Source: Amphiscolops sp. MND2022 | Lineage: Eukaryota | Direction of reading: 5' to 3' | Assembly: GCA_964187785.1 (NCBI GenBank) | Contig: OZ076409.1 | Span: forward strand, 85,438,001 to 85,502,000 | DNA: 64,000 nucleotides | Notes under the pieces: generated by a model | Seen by the model: the letters and a program-made list of their open reading frames with translations, nothing else | Told to the model about the DNA's origin: nothing | Databases searched by the model: none | Position numbers and translations under genes: made by a program | In this document: positions 14,393-25,800 of the stretch, in pieces | How positions within the stretch are numbered: the stretch's first letter is position 1 | How the letters are laid out: each line of letters opens with the position of its first letter

Positions 14393-15970
14393 ACCAGTTG
14401 GCATTTTGCCATCGATGGGTAGGTCTAACCTCATAATATTACCATATTTCCATGTTTCTCAGATCCCAGTCATACGATCTTAATATCATTGCACACATAG
14501 GATCACATTCGGGTGTATAATGATTCTGCTAATTTTATAAATCGTATGGACTTTTATAAATTGTATGGACAATCGTTTTTGAAAAAATTGAATTTTTATT
14601 GAAAGGTCGGCAGAAGAAATGGTCCGACTCCTATAAATAATTTTCAGAACATGGAGATTTTGCGTTTCTAATTGGGGAAAGTGGTTTTGGAGTCTTATGC
14701 GTATCCCTTTCGGTATTTTTCGGTACTAAGAAACTTATACAAGTTCAGTCCAAAAATTTTTAGTGTACGGTACTATCGGTTGCCTACATTCTCAATTCAA
14801 GAGTCTAGAAAAAATTGTATTTCGATTTTTATTCTCACCAGTTGGCATTTCGCCATCGATCGGTAGGTTTAGCCTCATAATCTTACAATATTTCCATGTT
14901 TAACCTCCATATAATTTCAGGATTCGCGTTTATAGGTTCGTATCCATTTCTTTCGGAAGTGTCGGTGTTCTCTATTCCGAAGTTGCTTTCTTGCAGTTCT
15001 CCGTTTCTCCCTCCTCACTCCCCGATTCGAACTCAGTTCCCGGGTCCGGTTCGGATAATTTTCAGTTTCCAATTCAGTATGTCACTATGTCACAAAGTGT
15101 TCACTTCCACTGAAAATAGTTCCCGTCCGCATCGAATAAGCAATGTCGATACTTCGATGTGGTAATGTCTCTACTCCGCGGACCCTTCTTTTTTGTCGGT
15201 CTGCAATTCAATCTGTCCCGAAATCAATTTTCAGTGAAACATTTTGCGTTATCAGTGTTACAGTGAGTCTTGTTCCGTTTACAGCGGCTTCTATTTTCTT
15301 TCAAAATCCTACCAAATATTGGTATTGAGATTCTTAGCTAGAAATATAAAGATATTCACTGAGCGATTTTTTTTGCATGTTTTTGTCATTGGCTTTTCTT
15401 CGGCCTTTGTTCTCGTCGTTCCTAGATTGAATTATGTGCCCTCTTCTCTGCGCCGGGAAACATAGATTGGTATCTGTGGTTTCCTTTCCGCTGAAACATG
15501 ATTCAGACCAATCAGATAGGAATGATATACCATCTTTTATGATGTTGGACAATTCGGTTTTGGTCTTTCTACCGTGATGTAATTCGAACGATGTTAATTT
15601 CAATCCAGTGTGTATTGTAAGTCGCATTACTCTTAACGCTCCACTACCAACCTCGGTTGGGTCAAAATAATCTTCCAAAACATCTATCAATGAATTCCTT
15701 AGTGCTTAAATCGCGCGTTCAAGTTCTCCCGTCCTGTATATATTCTCAGCGTACAGCATTCTCTTTCTAGGTTTCTCGCGCTGTACAAGTGGCTGTATTT
15801 TTTGAAATGAATGCTTCGGGTGCATCAGTCTTTTTTCCCGAACTCCGTATATATTTAAGGTTTGTCGTAGAGAGTTTGGGACTTCTATCGCATCGGAGGT
15901 TTTGCATATTTTTGAAATTGGCCACTAAATCAATCTACTGCTATTAGTATTTTTCATCTTTGTTTCAGTA
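14393..15970 (-). mobile_element. Decayed Gypsy integrase/3' fragment
   Basis: ORF 15334-15690 (ALRVMRLTIHTGLKLTSFELHHGRK) resembles an integrase core C-terminal part. A ~60-bp segment is repeated at 14393 and 14836. Confidence 0.6.
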
Positions 15971-16827
15971 GTATGAAAATTCTTTAAAAAATAGTAATTG
16001 GTGACTACGCCCAGTTCTATTTCGAATTGATTTCAGAAAACAGCAATTATTTTAAAATCTGTGTTTGACCAACTTTATACTACGACGCAATCTGTAGCTG
16101 ATAATTCTGAGCTACGTTTAATACGATACACGAAGTTTACAAACATGTATGAAAACAGAAAATAGCATCTTTCAGTTTTAGTTGCTGGTGACCTTCCAGT
16201 TCTTTGATTGACAGTTGACCGAATACGATCGGACGCGGTTTATCACCCTATAACATAAGGTACTATTTAATTTCTCCGAGTTTTTTAGAATGTATGATTT
16301 TTGCGCTATTTTCGTAAATTCGTAGCTATCGCTATTACAGTTGTGTGGGTTTTGTAAGCTGGGGTGTAAATAGCTATCATTGGTGTGAGTAGCAATTATA
16401 GATGAGTAGAAAGTGAAAGCTGGGGGAGTAAATTCCTATCATCGAGGTACGGTTCCTGTCAGACTTCAATGTCCAAAAGCTCCGGAAATTGGTTCTTTCC
16501 ATTGTTCACTAATCTAATTGGCGTTAAATTACGAAGGAAAGGAAAACTCTTAGACTATAAATTCCACAAAGTGAAGGAGCTTCTGTTTGATCTGTCCAAA
16601 GTCAAAATGCCATTTAGTACTTTTACTTAAAAAAATTAAGTCACTACTGAAACGTGTGCAGAAAAATTCAAGTCGAATTCTGATGTTTCTAAAATATCGT
16701 GGAGTGTTGTGTATCCGGCAGCGTAAAAACAGCATTATTTGAAAAGTGTATTTGAACTTGAAATAACCAACAAAATTCAGCAATTTTAGTTCGTTAAAAG
16801 GGATGGGATCAAAAATGATGGTCAAAA

Positions 16828-16960
16828 GCATGGTGTAGTGGTTAAGCAATGTGTAGTGGTTAGAGCATAAGGCCTGTAGTGGGGGGCGGTAGCAGGTTCG
16901 AATCTCTCTCAACTCACCATTGTTGGGCCTTAAGCAAGTCCTTCAACCTTAGCTTCGTGG
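16828..16960 (+). mobile_element. tRNA-derived SINE-like head
   Basis: A-box TGGTGTAGTGGTT (locally duplicated), B-box GGTTCGAATC, followed by a CCTTRAGCAAGTC body. A related copy lies at 29413-29486. Confidence 0.6.
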
Positions 16961-17474
16961 TATGGCCAATGACAAAAAATAACGCATTTGGCGGAAAAAG
17001 GAAAAACAAAAAAAGAGCAACAGTGAGCAGTCAGACCTTTGTGACCTTGAGCAAGTCACTTTCAAACCACAGCTTCAAGCCCACCGTTGTTTGACCACTT
17101 GGCTGCAAATGTGAAGCCATAGCTTGCTATGGGGAGATAGTCACCGAAAGGGCGCCGACTTAGAAAAGCAGAACTGCTTATTCGGCATCCACCCCGCGGA
17201 ATTGGGGAAATAATCTTTCAAATGATTTTATTGAAACTTTTAAAAAACCAAAGCAAACTCGAACAAGCAGGAAGACGTTGGCGCCTGCTTCAGACTCAAA
17301 AAAAGCAAAAGTACTTCAAAGCCTCAAGGACTGTCTTCTGAATAAATGCTCAATTTCACAGTACCAAAAAACTATGGGAAACCCTTTTGGGCCTAAAAGT
17401 GCTTTCATGCTTTTATTCTCACCAGAAATGTCAAAAAACCAAAGCTTTTTTGCTCTCTTTTACAACAACCATTA

Positions 17475-18480
17475 ACACACAGGCGAAGCCGTGCTTCGCA
17501 AACACTTGCGCAGAAGGTTGCGAACTTTTGACGAAAACCAAAGCAAAATCATACGGAGAACCAAGTGTAAAATGACATTGTTAAAATTTCATCAATTTTT
17601 CAGCGCCAAAAAATACCCGAAGGGATACGCATAAATCTCGAAAACCATTCTTCCCTAACTGGAAACAGCAAAAAAAACATCTTTCTCAACCGGAAACATT
17701 TTTTTCAAAAAAAAACAGAAAAAGGAAAAAATGTCGAAATTTTTCGTAATTTTTTTTCAAGACCTCCGCATAGTGCCGAAAACCTTGAGCAGTCCTTAAT
17801 GCTCGCAAAACATTTCATTTTAGGTAAAAATTGAGGGGGCTTCGATGAAAACAAATTAGAAAAAAGTAGCACAGAAAAAAAACGCTGGTCTTTTATAAAA
17901 CTATTCGGATATATGGTGCTGGGCCTCAGAAAACCTAATTTTATGACAAAAATTATTCATTTTGAAATTTCTCACAATACCGATAACTGTAAAAGGGGCC
18001 CTTTGAAATTTTTTGACAACCATTCTGATGCAAAATTTTTGAAAAATGAAGGGGAACCCATTGGAGTCTTTGAAAAATTTTCGAAAAAAACGAGAATTTT
18101 CAAGTCTCATAGTGCCGAAAAATCTGAAAGGGACCCTTTGGGATTTTTCAACATTCGTTCTGTTGCAAAATATCAAAACAAATTGAAGGGAGGACCCTTT
18201 GAGGACATTAAAAATTTTTCGAAAAAAAAAGTCTCACAAAGCCGAAAAAAGGGACGAGTCTCATATAGCCGAAAAAGTGAGAACCTTCTGCTTCGGAATA
18301 CTTGTAAAAAAATTAGCGCATACTCACGGGTTCGAACACGAACCCTCTGGCTTGAAAAGCAAGCATCTTACCACTAGACCACGAACACCTGAACTATGCG
18401 ACTTGCGGGCTGAAACGAGTTGTCGCGCGGAAAAAGAGCACCCGCAAGTTCCCATAACACTTGCTCATCGCAAGTGTAAT
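17475..18480 (+). mobile_element. ~1-kb dispersed non-autonomous element, copy 1 (Helentron/DINE-like ends, internal tRNA-like module)
   Basis: Colinear with 26989-27995. Has a 5' GCGAAGC..GCTTCGC hairpin, ACACTTGCG near the 5' end and an inverted CGCAAGTGT in a 3' palindrome. Confidence 0.65.
18315..18387 (-). pseudogene. tRNA-Glu(TTC)-like sequence embedded in the repeat
   Basis: Reverse complement reads GTGGTCTAGTGGTAAGATGCTTGCTTTTCAAGCC...GTTCGAACCC (A and B boxes). Acceptor stem is not convincing. Second copy at 27828-27900. Confidence 0.5.
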
Positions 18481-21400
18481 TACTTCGGATAATATAACCT
18501 CAAAATTTTGGAAATAGCGCAGTTTATATCAGAAGAAATTCATATAGTTCAGTTCGCTGGGCCAAATATTCCATTCAAGATTTTAAGATTTTGTAGAAAT
18601 TTGTAGAGCTATTTTGGTTAGTTCGCGTGGTTTGAAAAAAAAACAGACGAAAAGTCGCTATAATTCGGATTTTGGTCGCTTTTTGTTAATAAAAGGTGAT
18701 TAATATGAGGGCTTTGTCGGTCTTTTTAATGCGGACGACGTGGCCATAAAAGTTCTACAAATTGTCAAATTGAGTCTTTTTTCATATTTTGACTCATTTA
18801 TTCGGATATAAAAAGAAATTAAAGGTTAGTTTTGGCACTGTGCAAACTTTTTCTATTTTTTTTTCATTTTCAGAAAATGTCCGCCTTTAATTTTTTAAAT
18901 AGAAAAATATCTTTAAACATAAAAGGCCCACTTCGGATTTTTGGGCACTTGTTAAGCAAACTTCAAAAATGATATTTTGACATATTGAAAAACTTTGCAC
19001 TCTTTGAACCTCCTCGACTAATGCCGTTCCTGACTTGTTATTATGTATGTCAAGCAGAAAATTCGTGTTCACTTTGAAAGTCAAAATGTCGAACCGATCA
19101 CTGTCAAACCCTTTTCTGGCAAAACAAAGCCAAACGGATACAACATGAACCAATAGAACTTAGCGCCTTTCTTTTCGTCAGAAACATTATATTAGAAAGA
19201 GACCACTCGGATACAAGACCTGATAAAGTGCGAATAAAACGATTAGCGCATTATCCATCAAAACCATCAACTTTATATACAAACGGTATTTTTACCGTTC
19301 AAAATTTACAAAACTACAGAAGTTTGACACTGGCTACATGTGATATTGAGTGCTTGCTTTGTTGTTTGTCAATAAGAAATATCAATTTGATTAAGTTTAA
19401 AAAACGGTAACAATCGGTGAAAGCTGGATAACAACAATATCAAAAATGACTATTTCAAACTCATCAGTGGGCCGACTCATTATGCAGCATTTTGCATTCA
19501 CAGCAAATCGCGTTAGTTTTTCTTACCAATCACAACTTTGAAGCCTATTGATGAAACATTTCTCATCAACAAGCCGGCGAAAGTCGGAGCCGCGCTTAAA
19601 CCTCAGTAATGCAAGGTCCCCAGGCACAGGAAAACTTGGAAAAATTTGGAAAACTTCAACTTGGAAGTCTGGTTTATATCCCTTTTCAGAAAACTTTCGT
19701 ATAGCACTCCTTCGAGAAACTTCTTAGCGCTTGCATTCGCTTTATGAGCATCGAAATCAAACTGAGGTGTAAAAAACTTGCCAAATGCTAGACATCGAAA
19801 CGGTCCTAAGCAATCTAGCCAAATTTCAATTTAAACCGAAATGCAATTTAACCGTCAATTCTCAAACCTTGTTTTTAAGGCTTTGTTCATTACGCGTCAT
19901 GGTTTTTTTTAAAGCCAGCTTCTTTTTAAATCATGATTTCTCCGGAAGAGAACGCATCTTCGCCATAGTTCAATCAACTTTATCTATTCTCGTGAATACA
20001 GACTCAAAATGTTAGTTTTGGTTCTGCTTTCTTGCCAAACATGCCAGCATTCTTCATGCATGGCAATGAAACATTTGATCACAAAGCCGGGAAACATATT
20101 TATTAAAAGGAGAAATTTGTCACATATTACGCATTCCATGACGAAACTAATTTTCCAAAGTTGGTCAGCAAATGACGGAAAATTCACATTGAAAGTCGAT
20201 GTATTCTATAATTTTCCCATGTTGCCTTATTAATTGATAGTTAGAAAATGTGAACATGGGATGGTGGCTGTCAATTGAGATTAATTTTGACTTGTTTTAA
20301 TTTGAGTTGGACTAATTTCCCACCTTTTAAACTACTCAACTAATCAGATGACAGAAAGATAAATAATATTGGAACAGAACTATTTATTTTCGTCATCAAA
20401 AGCAGTTGAACCGGATAGAGAAAGTTTTACAAACTTTTCATTTATAGAGTAATCAAATACAGCAATATAAAATGAGGAAAAAGTGAGGTGGTTGTATCGT
20501 TATTATTTACAAGTTCGGTATTTAAGCATTGTATATTAATATATCAACATTTATTTCTGCCATTTCTGTTGTCATGAAAACGTGAGGAAAAAGTAGCAAA
20601 ACATGAACTTAGCGGGAGAAAGGAAAACACGTGGAGTGAGAAGGGGAGAAGATATTGAGAAAAATTACAGCAATTAAATATTAATGAACCCGAGGAAACA
20701 AAACAAAGTAGCATTATTACCAATAGCTTGTCAATGAAAAATTTATTGGCCTTACTAAGCCTGGAGAAAGTGATTCTTGAGACTTGAGCTGCCGGTGGCG
20801 TTCGCCAGAATGCACCTGTTTCTAATAAATTACAGTAGACAAAGATGAATTGTAAGAAAGATATGCATAGAAAATTAAACAGTACAAAAATAATTCAAAA
20901 TTTGCATAAAAAATTAAGCAGTCAGGAATGCTGGTTGTGGGATAGACAAATGGGTAGGTAGTATTGGTTACAACACCGGCTGTGGTCATCAAAGGCCTGT
21001 CGTCACCATCAATCACAGCTTTAGCAACGTTTGTTGTCCACTGAAGAGCAACTTCATCACGTGCTATACTTTTCACAGCTGTTCCGAGCCTTTCACACTT
21101 CTCAAAACCCTTTTCACACTCTCACAAAAACTCCGTTCTCTCATCCACTATATGAACTCAATCGTCATTCAAGTTTATTCCGTCTATTGAGCAACGTTTT
21201 TGCATGGTTTATATACATTAGCTTTGAATAGTTTGATATATTTTCCACCGCCGATTTTGAACTCGAGAAACACGTTTTCCATCGTTTCGCTTTGCTAGTT
21301 GTTCATTACATTCTTAAGAACAAAGAAATACGTCTCCCAATTGCCAATTTTGGTAGTACTCAAACGATGGTATTAAAAGATTATCCGCAACAAGCGTGAA

Positions 21401-22478
21401 TGAATTCTTTCTTGAGCTAGTAGGAAGAAAATCGGAGCCACTAATGGCCAAAAGGCTTTCTTTCCACCGACGTAAAATTCAATTCTATTTATATCTTCTC
21501 GAAGATGTTTTCATTTCCGTTTACGTCAAACCATAAAACCAAATTTGAGGTTTCGGTGAAACTTGATAAAGGATTTCGGCTTTTTTATTCGATCGAAAGT
21601 CTGACGACGAATGTTTAGATCCAGACATCAGAATCAGAGATAAATAAAAAAAATCACGCAAGGAAAATTAACATTGAGTAATCAAAGTTTACGTACAGCA
21701 ACTTTATCAACACTATCATTATTATTGGTGCATAACACAACAACAATCCCAAAAATTCATTTAAAATGCATAGAAATTGTTCAGTAGATAAATTATATAA
21801 ATTAGAAGTATTAGATTTTGCACTTGAGGTTCATTTAATTTTCTGATCAGTGAAACAAATAATCTTTTCCTGTGTCTGTGAGATTACTGAGAAATTGCCG
21901 TCAGTTGCGATTCAGACGAAAATAAAGGGCCTGAAATTAATTCAGTCAATGCGCCAACCAAAGCAATCCATTTCAAATTTCATGTTTCAGATTAAATACA
22001 ATTTTTCAAAATAGGAACTGCGTATGAAGCTCATTTGAACACGAAGAGCAACAGAAGTGTTTCGACAAAATGGAGCCTAGGGACATAAATAGACCATTTC
22101 TGATACCATCTCAAAATCTACTGAATAGTAGAAACTTTTGGTATAGGAAAGTTTCTTCAAAGTGAATGTAATTTATAATCGAAAAACAGACAATTAGAGA
22201 ATTTGAGATGACCTTTTCAAATAAGAAAATGAGTAAATTTTTAACTCAATTTTCGAAATAGCAAAATAGAATATTTTTTCAATACCAGACGCACAGAAAT
22301 TCAGCAAATGATTGAATAAAACCTGGCCCGTTTTCAAATGAACTTTCTATCTCAATGAAATTTGCCTTCAGAGGTTTTAGTTAGATCACCTTTTCGGTGC
22401 TACTCGTGATAGGTAGAAACTTGACACATTTCACAGCAATTCCTCTAAAAACATGAATCATAAATAACAACTAAAGCA

Positions 22479-22846
22479 CTAGAAGACGAACACTTCAGGT
22501 TCGCATGATCGTCTGGGAATTTTGCACTGCTTGGGAGAACATTCACTGTTGACATTCTCTGTATCATGGATGGCGTCGTCATTCGAAGACGTGGGTTGTT
22601 CGTTCTCCGAAGACCCTTTCTCCGGGAATATGAACTGATTGAAGACGATAGGGGGCGCTGTTCGAGGTGGTTTTGTGGGAGAATCGGGCATGAGGCTTTT
22701 CTCGTACTCCAGCAGTTGACACATGAAGTTCAGATTAGGGTTTATAAGGGGTCTCTTTGAGTAGACGGCGTCGAAGGCTGCATTGAGTCGCATGCGCCGA
22801 GATGACATTAAGTATGCTATGCAAACGGAAGGCGATCGGCTGATAC
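22479..22846 (-). CDS. MKP coding exon 4 (catalytic C-terminal part and tail)
   Basis: Acceptor ttgcgtag, ISRSPSVCIAYLM...RPLINPNLNF, FIFP motif, TAG stop. Confidence 0.9.
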
Positions 22847-25800
22847 CTACGCAAACAATTCGTCGTCATTATCACTTATCGCCCACAGTACTTCCCACCA
22901 TAGCGCTACGCAACTTACCATAAAAGGGAGAATTTTTCATCCGTTGTACTCTATGCTGAATTACAGTACAGCGTATGATGTTCAATGCTGATTGTACTAC
23001 AGCCATCGATAAAACAAACGTCACCATTTATGGCGAAGAAAATTTCACATAAAAAAGTGAGTTAATCCAATAAATTGCATAACATTTCACCAACGCATTG
23101 GCAACATCGGTATTGTGCGTCGGTCTGAAATTATCGAATTCAACGTCAATAGGAAATTTTCAATCAATCAAAGACTTTTCGTAGTAAACGTGAAACAGTT
23201 AAAAAAATACTTGAGTGTGAGACAAAATCTTTCCTGAAAATTTTTAAAATTTCCAAATACAATTCACTTTGAATATTATGATGAAAAATTCCAGTTACTA
23301 TCCCCAAGTATTTGAAAATTTTCCGAAAAATCAAAGCAAAGGAAAAATTACAATTTAATTTGTAGAAAAGATACATATGTGAATTAAAACAGGATGCTTA
23401 AAATTTGCTTATGGCATTGATTCAAAAAAGGCTCAAACAACTAAAAGACGAGAGAAATTATACAGCGTTTAGGCAACTTTACAAGAAAAATTGTATCTTC
23501 GTTTTATTCACGAACATACAAAAACATGACAGAAAAAATCTGTTCTTGAGAAATCAGAAGCGATAAGAAAAATCATCGCTGCATTTTTCCAGGCATTTGA
23601 ATCCAAATTTTTATGGTACGCGCATCTGGTTTGCTGGATTTAATCAATTGTCTTTCGGTCACATGAGATTTGAAACGTGAGATGCAATAGAGGACACAGT
23701 GGTTTTGAAGTAACACAGGACACCTAGATACTTGCAAAAAGGCACCTCCAAAAACAATGGAAAAATCCAGGAGTCTTTCTGCTACACAAATGTTCAATTC
23801 ATCTGATATCAAGTTTCCACAGCTGGAGCAAAATTTATCACTTTGCTTTGGTGCTCCAGAAATTTTCGTTGCCGAAAGCCTGGATCATCCAAAATTTTGT
23901 ATGTAATCGAGTATTTTGAAGATCAAGTGGTCGAAATTACTGGAAAGTAGATGAAATTCAATCGTATACTTGATGTCCGTCTTTGGCTCCTCAGGTTCTA
24001 TTTCAACTTCCAGGTGTGCAATCTTGAGGACTCAAAATTTTGGAGAGAAACAGGTTATTAATTGCCTAGAAAGAACATCAAATGAAAACAAGACTTGAAA
24101 AATATGGGCGCCCGTGGCGCAAAACATTTCTGGAAAGGCGATCTCAAGAGCTTGTTAATTTTGAATAATCAAATAAGGAGCCTTCGTAGTGAAGGCCAGT
24201 TCCTGTTGAAAAAAATCTGCAGTGAGGCCATGTCTGAAGAACGTATGGTGTCATATACGCCGCAAGCTACAGAGCCTGCTTAGTGTTAATACAGTCCATA
24301 AAAATATTGGAAACCTTAGCAAGTGCGAAAAATTTACAAAATATTGCACTATGTCACAACGTCAGACATTGCTTGTCGTATTGTAGAAATCTAGCAAAAA
24401 TGGCACGTTAAGGGATAGTTGACAGCCTTCCCTCTTCCACTATTGGGAATTCAAGAATCCCAATTAACAAGTCACAAAATGTGCACTATTTTTCAGTTTG
24501 TCAAATTAAATTCTCATCAATTGCATTCAGGATTAAAACCAGCGTTTCGACATGGCTATTTTTTTCGCTAATCGCTAATTTTAAATTCGCTATTTCGCTG
24601 AAAAACTTTCTACAAACTAAAAGTTTGACTTCAATATTTGGGAAATTGATTGATATCTTAATTCAGCTTTTTTTTCGAAACACTCGAATTTTTCATACTG
24701 AGCGGGTTTTATCAAGGTAAGAGTTGGAATTTTCGAAGTTCCTTTGAAACCCCGCGATACTTTGAGCAAAATTAATATTGGACATTCTATTAGTTGCCAC
24801 TATTTTGAATCGCTAATGAAATCGCTGAAAAGTTCACACGCGGCAGCTAATTCGCTACTTAGCGGTGTCAAAAGTCTGATTAAGACTTGTTGATATGATG
24901 ACTAACCTTCTTGACAATGGATGAGTACTTTTCCGCCTGTGAGGAGAATGCTATCAATGAAACAATTAGAGACATTGAAGAACTCGGTGAGACTCTCGCT
25001 GTTTGAGTCCTCTATCTCAATTCTCTTGTAGATGAAGTAGTCAGGAAAGAAATTGGGAACTCGTTTGGATATGTTGAGGATTGCCGTGATTCCCAGATTG
25101 TTCAGTAGTTGTTGTCTTGAGGCGTGAGAGGCACTGCCCAGGTAAATGCCAGAGACGACTCTAGTGGGACTTGTCTCACAGTTCTCATTGGCAGTCACGT
25201 TTAACAGTGGTGAAATTATTTCTCGCAGGGGAGACAACACAGGAGCCTTGCCATTGTTTTCGCAGTTTTCAATCTGAATTAATATGCAATGTTAATTTTA
25301 AAAATAATTAGATTTCAGGGAAAATTCTTAAAAACGAGAAGGCGTTTCCTGTAGTAAACTAGTAAACTTTTGGGCAAAAAATGAGACACAGAGGCGAAGC
25401 GGTGCTTCGCAACACATGACGAAGACAACGATTATTTTAATATGCGTATATATATATTATTTTAATAGCATGCGTATATATTCAACAGTTCAACTTTATT
25501 CAATAACGTTCTTATGGCACAGTGGTTAACACTTATGCCGTGCAATCGGGAGGCTGCAGGTTCGAATCTCTCTGGGGTTTTGGCTTTTCTCTAAAAGGGG
25601 CTTATTATGAAGTTGGCTACTGTGGAAAAAAAACTTTCTTAGCTGGACTGCAATGCACATTGACTTCGTCATGTGCAAAAATGTTCAACTTTAGGGTTTC
25701 AGGAATGTGCTTTGTTTAAACCCGCCAGCTGGTGGAAGAGGTATGATTCGCGCCAGTAACTTGTGATACTGCAGTTGACTTTGCGATCTCTTTAAAGTTT

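Noticed and set aside
19200..21300. Short ORFs and possible decayed element
   Set aside because: No domain, termini or TSD could be supported.
23450..24290. Coding-like and hairpin-bearing segment in MKP intron 3
   Set aside because: It is possibly a TE relic but is single-copy in this window and has no diagnostic motif.
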